From contig JAQGDQ010000183.1 of NCBI GenBank assembly GCA_030141605.1, forward strand, positions 300,241-364,240: 64,000 nt of DNA. Direction: 5' to 3'. The position numbers were made by a program, and so were the translations under genes. The notes under the pieces are model-generated. The model was not told the DNA's origin and did no database searches. It saw only the letters and a list, made by a program, of their open reading frames with translations. How positions within the stretch are numbered: the first letter of the stretch is position 1; each line of letters starts with the position of its first letter. This stretch comes from Tubiluchus corallicola. Lineage: Eukaryota > Animalia > Priapulida. Shown here piece after piece: positions 33,587 to 47,503 of this stretch.

Positions 33587-35506
33587 TCAAACCAGTTCCA
33601 ATAATTTGATTGTTCCTTGACTATTAGCAGCAACAACGACATTTGAATCGGCTCGCCAAGAAACTGCACTGACAAACTCGCTCGTGTCCTCGTCACGTTT
33701 GTCCTTCTCGAGAACACCGCCGACCGTATCAAATTTGAACGTGAGCAAGTTCTTCGACAAACCCTTGTAGTAAATGTACAGTGAATTGTTTTCGCTTCCA
33801 CAAGCGATGTAGTCACCATCTGTGGCAAGCCCAACAAAGTTTTTCTCATTGCTGTGTCCCCTGAATGTCCTGAGGCAGTTATTCTGACTAATATTCCATA
33901 ACTTGAGTTGGCTGTCAGTAGATGCAGAAACAATTTCCTCAGAACTGACAAACTTGGCATAAGACACGGCCTTTCGATGGCCCTTGAAAACGCACACGGG
34001 TTCTTTTGGACTCCTGAGATCGTAATAATGTACAAAGTGGTCAGCCGATCCAAAGGCGAGGTGATAACGACTATTCGGATTAAACTTGACACAGCAAACA
34101 TTTGCTTTAGCCTCTAAGCTAGCAACTGAATGTTCACTGTTTGTTGACCATAGCTTCACTTTTGCATCATCGGAACCAGATGCCAAAAGTTGAGTGTCCT
34201 GCTTATTAAAGTCGACACTCCAACATCTCTTTTCGTGCTCTTGAAATGACTTGACAGAGGTTCCCGTGAACGCATCCCATATGGTGACGGTTCCCTCGTA
34301 ATCACTACTGGCCATCTGGCCTTTATGATACGAGCTCCAACTTACGCAACTTATTTTGGAATTGCACAGCATTTCTACAACAGGGTAATGAATGTCGACC
34401 ACATCTTGTATGACAACGTTGTACTCGAACACCTTGATCTTCTTTGTCACTCCCGCAATTGCAAAGTAGTCGCAGTCTCGATCAAACTCTATGCTGGAAA
34501 CGATGCTCGAGGTATTATACATGTCGCTTGCGTAGCTGAGGGTAGCTAGAGGTCGAATACTGCTGTACTGCGTGAACTTTGAAAGACACTGAGTGAATTC
34601 CTGGATGCCCTGAACTGAATTTTGATTGCTTTGTAGATCTTTTAGCCTCGTGGTAAGATAACAATGTTCTAAATCATCAAAGTGTTGCGCAACGTGTTTT
34701 CTCCTAACAGCCATAGACGAACATAGCCAACGATTTCGCTCACTCATTCTGCTGGTGTTAAAACCGTCTTGCACAAACGTATTTGAAGTGGTACTTGCAC
34801 TTTTCGATATTGATGCTTCTCCATTAGGGCCATTGCTAAGCTTTGTTTCGTCAACATTGAACACCTTGTTGTGTGCTAGTTTGTGATTTTGTAAATAACT
34901 TTCAACGATATTAGCATCACCGTCTATCACTCGAATTTCTTGTTGTAGTTGCTCTAATTGATCTTGTTTACGCTTTCGCATTTGCGTAAGAAACTCCTTC
35001 AATAGCTGATTCTGAGCTTCCCTGCAATCAGCTTCTATTTGCTGCTTTTTCCTCACAAGTACGTCCAACATGGCATTAATATCATTTAGTCCGAGTGAAT
35101 CACTTGTACTAGACAGGAACTCATACATTTCTGATTTTCCGGGTTCGTACTGTAAGTAGTCATTCATAGACTTTGTTGCATCAAGTTTAGCTCGCTTTTC
35201 TGATTGCTTTTGTTTTTCCTTTAGTATTAATTCATTCAACAGTATATTAGGAAAAATCTGATCCATTTTATCTACAACATAATTGCACTTTGGGCACCTA
35301 CTGTTCATTTCCAATGCCCTTGTTATGCAGGAATAGCAAAAACTATGGCCACATTTAGTCATGTGTGGTTCGTTTATTATGTCAAAACATATTGGGCAAA
35401 GGTAGTCGCTATTTCGATCGTCACACGTTTTCGCGGTACCACTGAAGATTGGTGGGTGTGCTCGCTTTCGAGATCTCATCTGCAACTTAGCCGATCTGTC
35501 AGCCAT
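33587..35506 (-). CDS. COP1: E3 ubiquitin-protein ligase COP1 (RFWD2), single-exon CDS, 639 aa
   Basis: RING finger CPIC...CGHSFCYSC...CPKC, a coiled coil, and WD40 repeats with COP1 signatures [35 protein letters not shown] and C-terminal [12 protein letters not shown]. Confidence 0.97.
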   Translation of the reverse strand: MADRSAKLQMRSRKRAHPPIFSGTAKTCDDRNSDYLCPICFDIINEPHMTKCGHSFCYSCITRALEMNSRCPKCNYVVDKMDQIFPNILLNELILKEKQKQSEKRAKLDATKSMNDYLQYEPGKSEMYEFLSSTSDSLGLNDINAMLDVLVRKKQQIEADCREAQNQLLKEFLTQMRKRKQDQLEQLQQEIRVIDGDANIVESYLQNHKLAHNKVFNVDETKLSNGPNGEASISKSASTTSNTFVQDGFNTSRMSERNRWLCSSMAVRRKHVAQHFDDLEHCYLTTRLKDLQSNQNSVQGIQEFTQCLSKFTQYSSIRPLATLSYASDMYNTSSIVSSIEFDRDCDYFAIAGVTKKIKVFEYNVVIQDVVDIHYPVVEMLCNSKISCVSWSSYHKGQMASSDYEGTVTIWDAFTGTSVKSFQEHEKRCWSVDFNKQDTQLLASGSDDAKVKLWSTNSEHSVASLEAKANVCCVKFNPNSRYHLAFGSADHFVHYYDLRSPKEPVCVFKGHRKAVSYAKFVSSEEIVSASTDSQLKLWNISQNNCLRTFRGHSNEKNFVGLATDGDYIACGSENNSLYIYYKGLSKNLLTFKFDTVGGVLEKDKRDEDTSEFVSAVSWRADSNVVVAANSQGTIKLLELV

Positions 35507-36083
35507 GCTTCCAAACTACCCAAAGTCTAACCTAAACGACAATTTTCAACATACTTCCTTGAAGTTAACGTAGTTCCACAAATGATACCGTGGTCGTTCC
35601 ACGTTTGCTTTCACGCATTTAGAAATAATCATGAAACATTTAATCCAACTGCGATAGACCAAACTAACGTCGTACAACCTTACATTCGGATGTGACAACT
35701 TAAAATAATTCCAAAAACCATAAAATTGAAAGACTTATGTGATTCGGCAGTATGGGACATCATGGGGGTAGCACGACAGTGACTGCGAAACCTCCGTTGC
35801 TATTTCTCAAAGAGCAGTACACTGGTGTTGGATCAGTTGGCTTGCGTATCAAGTTTGGCCAGATAGATATCAGCGGGAAATGCATAATACAATTTTGGTA
35901 GCTCGTAAAACGTGGCTTTTAGAGCAGCAATCAGTTTTTATTAAAAGGAAAATCTATAGGAGATGATTTCCAAGCAACTGTGCCAGTAGCCACTATACTA
36001 ACCAGCATACTATTGTTAACAAAGCCATCAATGTACCACATTACGTGATGACACCAGACAGCCCTGATATCACAAAAACGATG

Positions 36084-36181
36084 GCAACAACAACAACAAC
36101 AAAGACAAGAATAACAGCAGCGGCAACAATAATAACAATCACAGCAACAACAACAATGACTACCACAATGACAACACTACC

Positions 36182-36213
<32 letters not shown>

Positions 36214-36242
36214 CACCAACAACAACAGTGACAGGGACAACA
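36084..36242. repeat. (ACA/CCA)n trinucleotide low-complexity tract
   Basis: Directly visible. Confidence 0.9.
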
Positions 36243-36832
36243 TGAGCAGGAGTAATTATAACAATAAGACAAACTAAAGCAGCATTTTCAGCAAAACCAG
36301 TTATTACAGTAATAGCATCTACGAATAACTGTTTAATTACCTAATATTCATGCAATGACTTGATTGGGCTTACTAAATATATTTCTGCAAAAGAGTGAGT
36401 TTTGTTGTATTGGAATATTAAACCAGAAATGCCAGGCGGTACATCATCATCATCATCATCATCTAGTTTCCCGCTGATTTCGAGGACCCACCAATCTGAC
36501 ATTTGTAATGGTGTTATCATATGCCCCACCACCTACTTCAGTGCCCCTTTGACATCGACACACACCAATGTAGCTTTTTGCACATTTTATTCTCCCTCCT
36601 CCCACAGACAGGCGACAACATCACTTACGTTAATTAACGGGAAACCATCAGTGGATTCTACTGGCATCCGGGGTGGCAGCCCCAATTCATTATGTACTCA
36701 TTCTCATCGACCCAGATTCCTCTTCGTCACGACCGATTACAACCAGCCATGTCTTGCTCCGCAGCACTGACAGATGTACTGGACGAGTAGGTTGTTCGAT
36801 TAAAAAAAGCATGCAGTCAGATAACGATGATT

Positions 36833-37250
36833 CTTCTTCTTCCCAGCTTTTCCCTATGCGGGGTCACCGTTGTGAATAAGTCTTCTCCATGCATTCCTGT
36901 TGTTGACCATCTCTTCATTTATGTTCTTCTCTCTAAGGTCGCCGTTTATGCATTCAAACCATCTCAGCTTGGGTCGTCCTCTTCTTCTATTTCCCAGCAC
37001 TTCCATTTCCATGACTTCCCTTCCCACGTGATCTTCCCCGACTTTTCTTTTCAGGTGCCCATACCATCGCAATCTTGCCTCTTGTATCTTTTTCGAGGCT
37101 TCCACTACTTTCACTGTTCCTCTAATATTACTATTCATGATTTTATCCCTTCTTGTTACTCCCACCATCCATCTCAACATCCTCATCTCCGCCACATCCA
37201 TATTCTTCTCTTCGGTCTTCTTTAGACGTGCTGCTTCCAGCCCATAGATT
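36833..37250 (-). mobile_element. 5'-truncated RTE-clade LINE
   Basis: ORF C-terminus VAEMRMLRWMVGVTRRDKI...EARLRWYGHL...GNRRRGRPKLRW is typical of RTE. It has a (GAA)n tail and an exact 18-bp direct repeat agtcagataacgatgatt at 36815-36832 and 37251-37268. Confidence 0.92.
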
Positions 37251-40200
37251 AGTCAGATAACGATGATTATCATGACTAAATCACCTATCTACCTTGCATT
37301 ATAATGGCGATATCACGTCTTCTGCCTACCCTAAACTTAATTTCGGTATGTGGATGGCCCAATCGTGTTATTAATAATTACTGCTGCACTTGTAAAGTAA
37401 ACAGTAAAGGTTTATACGACTGATACGAGTTTTACTTTTTATTAACCTTGTACCCTGGCAGCCATGCTATCTGTGTTCCTGGTTTTGTAAAAAAAAGCTC
37501 AAACATTGTTACACTTTTCAGAATTCTCCAAACTGAAATCTAGCATTCAGTGGCAGGTTTGCTGAAAGTGGACTGAAATCCGTCTCAAAGCGTACCTGTA
37601 AGATGAGTCACTGAACCAACAGAGGTAGCCGCATTCGGATGTGTAATAATTGTGTACACGTGCTTACTTTGATATTATCGATCTAGACACAGGTTTCAAG
37701 ACTAGTGTTGTTGAATTTTATTTCAGAGAGAACTGCAACACGTCTCACACATTCCAGTGCCACACCCATCTGAATCTACCGTGACATAATGTTATGCACA
37801 CTATAATCCATCCTTGTAATCAATTTTACAGCTGACAGTCGTTCAACTGTGAGTTTAGTAATATAATTAGTAAGAGCAGTATAACCAAAATTGCATTTCT
37901 GTTACGTTACAAATAGAAATAAAACAAATAGAATCTCTCCACCACTTTAAAAAGAAATTACAAGAATATCAATATAACAGGTTTCAACTTCCACATTGTG
38001 CATCTGATACTAATTACACAGACTCAACTTTCATCTACCCCCGCCCCTGATTCCATAAAACGATTGAAAATGAAATTTTTTTAAAAAGAAATTATGTAAT
38101 GTAATACGTGTTATGTTAGTTTTGTAATGTCAAATGTATAAATAGTGTAAATGTAATGAGTGAAATTTATGTAATGTAAAGCATGTTTCTGTTAATTGTG
38201 TCATGTCAAATGTATATATAGTGTAAAATGTGTCATGTAAAATTGAATGTACTTTTGTAATATTGTTTTGTAAAAATATTTTAATATGGCGTTTGTAAAT
38301 ATGTTCATTTATTGTATATAATTAGACCTTAGTTTTGCACTTTAGTTTTTGTTAGTCAGCACTGGACGCATTTGTCTTGAACAGTGTTGTTATCTTAACA
38401 TTACGCCGAGGCTTACTCAATTTTATTATAGTCTGTGAACCATTTTAAAGACAAATAAAGAATTAATATAATAAATAAATATATATATATTACAGGGGAT
38501 TTCTGGCTTCATTTAAGCCAATGCATGCCATACCCTAGTGGGCCTTGTGCTAGCTGCTATGTGCGCAAATGGACAGCCTGACAGCGATGTCCAATCAAGT
38601 TTAATTGCACTTTGCGCTCTTATGTATGAGTGGATGGCACCCAAGTACATTGAAAGTCAAGTGCAGTTTAAATTATTCACGAGAGTCAGAGAGACAAAGC
38701 TGGAGAAAGAACGATAGGGTTAGCGGAAGCGTGGAAATCATAGCAGAAAGTGAAACACATTTGTGTACAGGAAGTGAGATTTCACTGCAGTGCTCTAGAA
38801 ATTAACTGAGTGTAGGGTGGGCAGGAGTTCATTGCCATGCATGGCCGAATTCGAAAACCGCCTCAACAGCGATGCTATATCAGAGACTTGCAATGTTATT
38901 CCGTCCATGCACGACTTAAAAAACAACATATATCAGCAGTTCCTCGTTGCTTTTGAGTGCCTGGCGGCTTTGGTGTACCGACATTATAGTAAAAAAAGCC
39001 AGGTAGTATTATAACACAAACCACATAGGCAGATGTAATCAGTGTCTGATCACCCTCACTCATCATTGATAACACTCGGAATGGAATACTCCTATCTTCT
39101 CTTCCTAACTCCTGAAAGCAAGTATTTAAATACGAGCAGAATAGAAAGGAGACAAAAGTAGATCGTTTATACCGGCAGCATCGCAATAACCTAGAGAATA
39201 AGAGGTACATCTGACCAAACCGTTTGTGTAATCAAACAAGCTCATTCAGTGTGGATAAGAAACAGTGGGTAAATTTTTTTGTAGTCTGGCATACCCTCAA
39301 CATGATAATTATAATTTTGGGAGCCCCAGAGAATGTTTTGTCTAATCATGCGCGACACATTTTATCATTTTAAGCAATCACTATCAACACATTTAATTTA
39401 ATTGACTTTTCTGACTTAGGGTGGCAGGCTAACACACGAGGAAAGTATTTGTATGACCCAAAACGGTAAAAGCCGAGTTTAGCAGAGGTGGATTAGTGAC
39501 ACTGATGTGCATCTACTACGGCGGAGCAGCAAGGCAAAGATTTTAACTCTCTTCAAGCTTCTCTAATCAAAGAAATGCTCAAACGAAGCACAAAACTGAA
39601 AGTTTCATAGAGAAGCAGCTCTGTAGAAGAAACACTGTACAGTTCTTTGCCCGAAGAAGCTGATTCATGGTGCACAAATCATAATATCAGACAGTTACTG
39701 GGATTTAGATCCAGTCTAGAAGTAACGTAAGAACAAATAGAAAATAAAAACATATTATAATTTTAATAATATATATTTACTTAAATTATCATTTCCACAT
39801 TTTGCACTTAATTTCTTTTTAGTGTTTATAATAAAACAGCAGGTAACAACAAATACAAGTGGACTATCTTGTTCTATGTGTGAGACTCTTACAGAAGTAA
39901 CAATTTATTGCAAGATAAACTACACCAACTAACATACACCTAGGTTACATTCAAACATACATACATATGTAATAAATACAACAATAAACGAATGCTTTAT
40001 ATATAATGCATAAAAATAAAACTGTGAAAATATCACTTACAGTGAAAATAGTGGAATTTCAGACTTGTGGAGATTTGTTAACAGACACATAAGTCACATG
40101 GATACATTTTTCATATTGATCTAAAATGTCCTTTGTGAGATGGTGAGAAAAATACATTTTAAAGTAAAATATGTCACATTTTTGTAGTGATTTCACGTAC

Positions 40201-41685
40201 CCACCTTTAGCTCTATGAACTATGAATTTTATTTCATTTCACACATCAAAAAATTCAATATCAAACACATTAATAAACTTTAAATAAAATAATTTGAGTA
40301 GTGCGAAGTGAGTGTACGACCATACGGTCATTAACACACTCACCTTACATAAATGACAAAATGATTATAATTATGCATGCTTCTGTAGATGACTTAATGT
40401 AAATAAGGATGAAGCAAATGATGTAATAATAGCAATGGTATAAGAGCAATAAACTTGAATGTTGAGAAAGGAAAACATAATATGTAATAGAAAGGAACAC
40501 ATAGTATTCAGCGCTATTGACGATACACATGCATGCTGCCAAGACACTACAAACACTTTGATGTTGCTAGAAGATAAAGAAAAGCAAGAAAAATCATTGC
40601 TAACATGTAAACTGTTAGTAATTTGATTTGCACCTTTGAGTTGTGACCTCTAATTGACCTTTGACCTTCAAAACAGCTCTCTTTACCAAAACCTTTGCTT
40701 AATCATTTTTTTATTCTGCTATAAACAATATCATTTTTCTATTCTACTCTACAAGTGCCACTCAGAATTTTAAAAATTATTGCCATATCACGCATCACAC
40801 GGTCCCAATTTGCCAAAAACACTCATACCGCAAATCAAATAACACGGCACTAGTTTGACTACTTTGCATGTGGAGTAACAAAAGTTTGACAATGCATCAC
40901 AAGCCAAACTATTAAGGTCGAATGTTACTTGAAGATGGGCAGACATTTCCATATGCACACAATTAAATTGTATGGGCCGAGCATTCTTAAGGTGAATAGA
41001 CTCACGCTGCAAAATGTGTATAAAGAACAAGATTTCAATCCACAGATATATAAGTATGGTAAACTTTCTCTGAACTGTTTGTAAGCTGTACATCTTATGT
41101 GAAATAAACCCATAATAATAATAATAACATAACATATTCAGCTGACAAGACACAACTTATAACTTACTATTGAACTACTATCATTAGCCACAATAGATTT
41201 TTAGTACAAGTATATATTAATATTTTAAATACTTCTTTGCATATTATCTGATATAGTGCACATTAAAATATTCAACCTGTGTCTTGACAAATTGCACTTA
41301 AAAACCAATGGAATTAAAGGAAACATCACATACAAATATATTTTGGAGTTTTTTCACTGTACTGTCAGCACGGATGACAAATCTACTCTTATGAGAGTAG
41401 TAATACAAACAGACGAATGCTGTAACAGAACGTGTACACATACAAAGACTTCACGCACAATCACTTTTTCACAGAAACTTCTCGTACAGTTTTGCACCTA
41501 AAGTTTTGTATTATTGCAAAAATGAAAGATCGAATTAATCATTACACAGATTCAAAAATCCTGCGATGACGTGAGCTGAAAAACTTCGTTTTTATTCTTT
41601 TTCTTCCGCCTCGAGAAAAAGTTTGAAAGAAAGGCCGTATGAACAGAATTTAGAAAGAACACAATTTTTCCTCAAAATCTTTTAA

Positions 41686-42296
41686 AGCAAAACCGGACCT
41701 AATCTTATACTGTAGGTCAAAATAATCTACTCTTTAAAATATTGAAAGGAAACATACTGTTTTTTCAGAAATGACATATGTGAAAGAATTATTACCACAC
41801 GCACACAATTTCACATTCGCACCACTAGTGCTTCACTGTTACGTGCATTTCGCCATTCTCTAGTTAGACGGGAACTAGCGCCTGCATTTCGGAAACGCAT
41901 TGCACAAAAACAGGTGCTGTACCTCTCAGCTCAGATGTGCTAGTTTCTGACATACTGCACACGTTCGACAGCTCATGAGCACAGCAGTAAATTTGAAATT
42001 TGAATTTTATCTTAAAGCTTGCCTAGTTTTAGTACAACACACTGAATATCTTACAGTAGCACTGTACTTCAATTTTCGCTTTCGTAAACACGTGCAACAC
42101 GCTCGTGGAATATCTTTGTTGTTGAAAATTATGTTGGTTTGTGATGTCATCAGTAGTTGGGCTTGCACGGCGCTAATTAAGTTTTTAATCTATTATTTTA
42201 TCATGAGAAATGCTTTTGTACTATTAAATGTGTTAAAATGTTTACTTTTTATCGGACTTGAAAATGGGGTAGTATATGAAATCATCTTGTCTTGCT
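41686..42296. mobile_element. TTAA-flanked (Kolobok-like) non-autonomous element family G
   Basis: TTAA|AGCAA...TTGCT|TTAA. A diverged second copy lies at 55025-55627. Confidence 0.75.
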
Positions 42297-42837
42297 TTAA
42301 AAAAAATAAACAAAATATGAAAGTTAATGTATGTACAAACGCAAACAAAACGGGCAGCAAAATCAAGATGTATAAAATCAATAGTGACAAAGAATGTATA
42401 TCTCACAACATACGCGTAAACTATATGTATAAACAACGAGCAGAAGTATCAAATATTTAAGTATTTGGAAATAAATATAAGATAGACCTACTTGGAGGCT
42501 TGTACGTTTTTTGTTTCAACTGTGCATATAAGACGCAGAAGACTAGAAAGCAGACAATTTTTTGGCTCTAAAATTAAAATGTGCCTCTTTGTGACAAGGG
42601 AATCTTTACGATGCTTTTCTGCATTCAAAACTTTAAACTGGTGGCACCACCTGTTGGCAAAACAAAACAGATAAACATTCAGGCAGCTTTAAATCAATGA
42701 TGAGCGATTAATGGATTAAATGTATTAACCCCGATTACAACCACGTGTAAATCGATATAATTGGCAATTGAACATTAATTTCACCTAACTGAGAACAACC
42801 ATGAGCAAAATGCAGTAAACTCCGCATAACTCAAATC

Positions 42838-43642
42838 TAGGGTTACCATATTGTCTGAGTTGAAAAAGAGGACAGTTTTTCGCACACTTGTAAGTAAGCA
42901 AAAATGACCAGTCTAGGGTTTATTAACGCAATGCAAAATAGCGAATACGCAGAGTATCGACAGCGGTGTGAGTCGTGTGACCCATAGTGATGTGCGCATC
43001 GCTTATTTTTGTTCAGTAAATATGTACACAAAGCTTTTACAAGGGTTGCATTTTGAGATGTTAGCAACATCTTGTATTGAAAATTAACGAGCTTTTCTTT
43101 GTCTCGTACTGTCGTACTCCTCTGCAGTTGGCAATGTGCGTACATACTTACGGATTGAGGCAAAACCCGGACAAACTGCTGATTTTTGTCGGAGTTGAAA
43201 AAGAGGAGCACATGTCGAGCATTCGCTTCCCAGTAATATCGATCTGCGAGAAAACACGGGTACTTGGCCTTCATTTCATCCGTAAATGCACACTGTCGTT
43301 TCGGCATTGCTACTTTCTAATGAACTTTTACCAGTTGCTCAAAACTGCAAAACAGCGAAACTATGCAAATTTAAAAAAATTCACATAAAAACAAACAAAA
43401 CGGCTCCCGGAAGCTGATGTCATTTTAAGTCGTTAGCGAATACGCCGAGTATCGACAGCGGTGTGAGTCGTGCGACCTATAGTGATGTGCGCATCGCTTA
43501 CTCTTGTTCAGTAAATATGTACACAAAGCTTTTACAAGGGTTGCATTTTGAGATGTTAGCAACATCTTGTATTGAAAACTCGCCCGGACAGAGGCCCAAA
43601 AAGAGGACGTGTCCGGGGAAACCCGGACGTATGGTAACCCTA
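42838..43642 (-). mobile_element. hAT deletion derivative with a transposase N-terminal remnant, nested in a Tigger-like MITE (~42813-44311)
   Basis: TIR TAGGGTTACCAT, 8-bp TSD ctcaaatc, remnant peptide MPKRQCAFTDEMKAKYPCF, and an internal ~140-bp duplication. A shorter relative lies at 22728-23180. Confidence 0.8.
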
Positions 43643-44041
43643 CTCAAATCCAACCGGACTACTTTCCAGCACGGAAACTCTAAACTCCTCCTCCAGACGG
43701 CGGAGCTAAATAGAAGACAGAAAGTCAACCCTTCTATACATAAACAACGAGATTGGATGACAGTTACATAAAGAATAACAAATTATGTAGTGAAACAGCA
43801 TTTTTTATGTTACAAAAGGACACGTACACAACACTGTTAAACAATATGACATTGGGGCTACTAATGTCTCACTTACTGCAGTTCAGTTTGTGCGAAGTTC
43901 AATTATTTAAACACTCTCAGTCAAGTAGATCAATATAGGAGAAAATACTCGAGGGACGCGACTTGTAAGACATCACAATTTTCCCAGAAGACGTTTTTGA
44001 GTTGTACGAAAGTTTTTAATTTTCTAGAATATAAATTGCAT

Positions 44042-44227
44042 TTTTGAGTTAGGCGAAGTAAATTTTGAGTTAAGCGATGTAAATTTTGAGTTAAAGCGAA
44101 GTAAATTTTGAGTTAGGCGAAGTAAATTTTGAGTTAAGCGAAGTAAATTTTGAGTTAGGCAAAGTAAATTTTGAGTTAGGCGAAGTAAATTTTGAGTTAG
44201 GCGAAGTAAATTTTCAGCTAAGCGATG
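44042..44227. repeat. 21-bp tandem repeat (~8-9 copies) inside a MITE
   Basis: Unit ttttgagttaggcgaagtaaa. Confidence 0.92.
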
Positions 44228-45352
44228 TTTTTTGTGGGAAAAACAAAGGATTTCATCCGTTCCGGTAATTTTTTCGTGTTATACGATTTTGAGTTACTCT
44301 GAGTTTACTGTACATGCGCTTCACACTGACTAAAAGGCAGCGTTTTAGCACAATAATTAATGAAATCTTTACTTTTCTTCTTCCTTTTTCTCCCCTTACA
44401 CGATGCGCACAATTGCAAACCACAGTGTCGCAAACTGGGGTTTCAACTTATTCACTATGGCAAGCGACGCATCTAGTAACATTGTCGCGAGGTAGTTATA
44501 CAAATGTGCGCGTCTACGCAAATGGTTAGCGAGGATGAAAATGGCAGATGATGACAAAAGCTGCGAAGAAGTTTATAGGCTATATTATGTTGCAATCATT
44601 GAAAAATAAGGCCAAAACACTAAAAAAAAATCACCACAAGAGACTGACCGTAGTATCGAATTACAAGGAGAAGATTATGATAGAATTACAAATTTCAAAA
44701 TTGCCCATCGGAACTTAAAGTGCCACCAGACTGTTTGAGCAAAAACAGATTACACAGTTGATGTTCTGTAACAGCAAAATAACAACTTGTTCCCAGCCAT
44801 ACAGGAATGTAGTTCTCAGATCGTGAAACCCAAATCTTGCAACGAGCGATGACCCCACGAATTTGAGAATGCATTACCGAGTCAACTCACTTCAGTTTAA
44901 GTTAGTCCAGCATGAGGAAGAGTGAGTAAACTCAAAAAATAAATAAATAAAAATAAATAGGCTGAAAAATCTCTCCTTCTCTATCTATAAATACATTTGA
45001 ACATTCATTATGTTATGCTAGTAGGCCAAACGTATGCTTTTGCACATTCAGAATGGACTCCAGCATTCACTATTTAATAAGGACTGTTGCAACTTAGCTC
45101 ACCGTCAAGGATAACCCACTAAGAAGAGTCAGTGAACCAAAAGGGGTGCCTCTACCATATTTGGATGTAAATACATTTCCACTCAGATATGAAAACAGCC
45201 AGAATCATTATGAAACTTATGCCCAGAAATCCATTCACTGATCAGCCTCAGCATTGCTTAACTTTGATTAGGAAGCACACACGCTATTCCCTCCTTGTCC
45301 ACTACATTATTATACTCTCCATCGATATCATAATTGCACAAAGTTATCTATA

Positions 45353-45842
45353 CAGTGGAACCTCGACTTACGAAAACCCTATTACGAAACCTATTACGAA
45401 AACGACTTAGGAAAAATTCAGAATACGAATCGGGCTTCGAAGAAATTTCCGTCCCATTTAATGAAAAGATATTCAAGATACGAAAACGAAAATCGAAAAT
45501 GCCGCCCGATAGCAGTCCTCCCAGAATGCATTTTGTAGCATCACGTGAACGCTCTGTTGTGCGCAACATATGAACGCTTCGAAAGGTAAAGTGTCATTAT
45601 TCGTAACAACATTTATTATTATTTTTCATTGATTTTAATATTTTCTCATTGTTTTTTAACATTTACGTAAATGACTATGTTGTTATTAATGAACATATTT
45701 CTTTCGGGTGGGTACAATATTTACACTTTATACGACTGTTTTCAGGGAGGGGGGCTGGAAAGAATTACGCCTTTCGTAGGGTAAATCTTGTCTCATAATA
45801 CGAAAATTCTAAGATTTAATTTCGTATCTCGAGGTATCACTG
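45353..45842. mobile_element. Tigger/pogo-like MITE family E, just 3' of the SVOP stop codon
   Basis: Same termini and body as 16312-16750, TA-flanked. Confidence 0.85.
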
Positions 45843-45910
45843 TATGTGTTTGTGTGTGTGCGTGCGTGGGTGTGGGTGTGTGACAGTTATTACCAGCAGC
45901 TTCTTCTTAA

Positions 45911-47503
45911 TTAATGAGTATCCTTCATCGATCGTCCCTTCGTTTCTATTGGAAGCAACATGGAAGCTACAGCAGCTATCAGGCAGCTGCTGGCGTAGAT
46001 TCCGACCGTGAGGTTGACGGAATACCGCAGTAAAACCTGCGCCACGAACGGCGTGACGATGGCGCCTATGCGAGCGAATCCGCTGCACGTTCCCAGTCCC
46101 AAAGCTCGGAACGTCGTCGGGTAAACCTCCGGCGTGTACACGTACACGGCCTGGAATGCGCCCGAGACGAATGCCCTCGCCACGAAAATGAAGAAGGTCA
46201 TGACGGCTCTGTTTGTGCAGATAAATAATAAATACGTAAATAAGGAGAAAACGACAAATTCCAGCGCCATGGTCTTCTTCCTTCCAATCAGATCAACAAT
46301 TACAAAGGTAACGAATAATCCGGGTCCCTCGGCTAACGTAGTCCATAGTAAGTCCGTATAGTCTTTTCTAGTTAAACCCTTACAAGTTAGATAACAGCTA
46401 GCGACATCTACGGGAGGACTGACATCGTAACCGTGGCAACCATCTGATGCCTCGTAAAGTTCGGTAGTTGCCAAGACTAGACCGTAGTAAGCAAATGCGC
46501 ACACGAACCAGATTATCCACAACAGGATGGTAATAAAGCGAGTCTCGGGTATAAACAGGTCTTGCACCCGCCCACGCTTCGCCGGCTGCTCGGAAGCCAC
46601 GAGCCGACCGAGCGGCATCGGTTTGTTGTTAGTTCTTGCTAAGCGTTCGATAATTTTTAACGCTTTGTCGGGTTTTCCCTCTGCAACGTGAAATCTTGCG
46701 CTTTCGGGCAACCACACGCAGCAGAGGGAGAAGATGAGAAGCGGGAAAGCGGAGAAGATCAACAACCACCTCCAACCCATGGTCGGCATGACGATCAGAG
46801 CCAGGAGAACTTCGAAACAGGTACCAATCACCCAAAATATCTCTACGGCTACAACGCACTTGGCACGGGCGGATGCCGGCAGAAATTCCGCGTACAAGGT
46901 CACGGACTGCGGAGCGCCACCTACGCCAAAGCCCACCAAACCTCGTAAGATAAGCATCCACACCAGCGTTGGCGAAAAAGCGCTCAGCAGCCCGTAGAAA
47001 AATGTGAGCACACTGCAGAAGATGAGTTCCACTTTGCGTCCGTAGCGATCGCAAATGTATCCCCAGAAGAAACTGCTCGACATCATTCCGCAGAAAACCA
47101 CCGTCGTAATCGTGGCGCGCTCAAACTCGCCCAGCCTCCAATCGCAATGCAGCGCGGGAGACAGTATGCTTAAAATCATCATCTCCATCGCATCCGCCAT
47201 CCAAGCCAAGCCGGTCAGGAGCGACAAGATGATTTGGAATTTGCCAAAACCAATGGCTTCCACGGCTTCTTCCACCGTGAAGGTATCCTCCGAGAGCCGA
47301 TCGGCATTTACGTCGGGTTGCTCTTCCCCGTTGTCTTCCGTAGGTGCCTCTGACTCCGCATTTGCACCTGGTGCTCTCATTTCCACTTGCTGTGGACTGG
47401 TAGACACCACTCCCGCTCCGTCTTTACCACCCATTTCTTCATACTTACTGCCGCCATCACTAGCGAACACTCGCTTGAATTTGACAAACAAACTTTGGCT
47501 CAT
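45911..47503 (-). CDS. SVOP: Synaptic vesicle 2-related protein (SVOP), MFS transporter, uninterrupted CDS of ~530 aa
   Basis: [73 protein letters not shown]. The first ATG is at 47503 (the ORF track start at 47557 is a TTG). An acceptor-like ttcttttcag at 47568 suggests a 5'UTR intron. Confidence 0.95.
   Translation of the reverse strand: MSQSLFVKFKRVFASDGGSKYEEMGGKDGAGVVSTSPQQVEMRAPGANAESEAPTEDNGEEQPDVNADRLSEDTFTVEEAVEAIGFGKFQIILSLLTGLAWMADAMEMMILSILSPALHCDWRLGEFERATITTVVFCGMMSSSFFWGYICDRYGRKVELIFCSVLTFFYGLLSAFSPTLVWMLILRGLVGFGVGGAPQSVTLYAEFLPASARAKCVVAVEIFWVIGTCFEVLLALIVMPTMGWRWLLIFSAFPLLIFSLCCVWLPESARFHVAEGKPDKALKIIERLARTNNKPMPLGRLVASEQPAKRGRVQDLFIPETRFITILLWIIWFVCAFAYYGLVLATTELYEASDGCHGYDVSPPVDVASCYLTCKGLTRKDYTDLLWTTLAEGPGLFVTFVIVDLIGRKKTMALEFVVFSLFTYLLFICTNRAVMTFFIFVARAFVSGAFQAVYVYTPEVYPTTFRALGLGTCSGFARIGAIVTPFVAQVLLRYSVNLTVGIYASSCLIAAVASMLLPIETKGRSMKDTH

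Noticed and set aside
33319-34101. 260-aa overlapping ORF in an alternative frame of COP1
   Set aside because: No recognisable motifs. Best explained as a shadow ORF of the real CDS.
38605-39720. Several 65-104-aa ORFs in a moderately GC-balanced intergenic stretch
   Set aside because: No motif, consistent frame or splice structure recognised. Possibly a decayed transposon, but not supportable.
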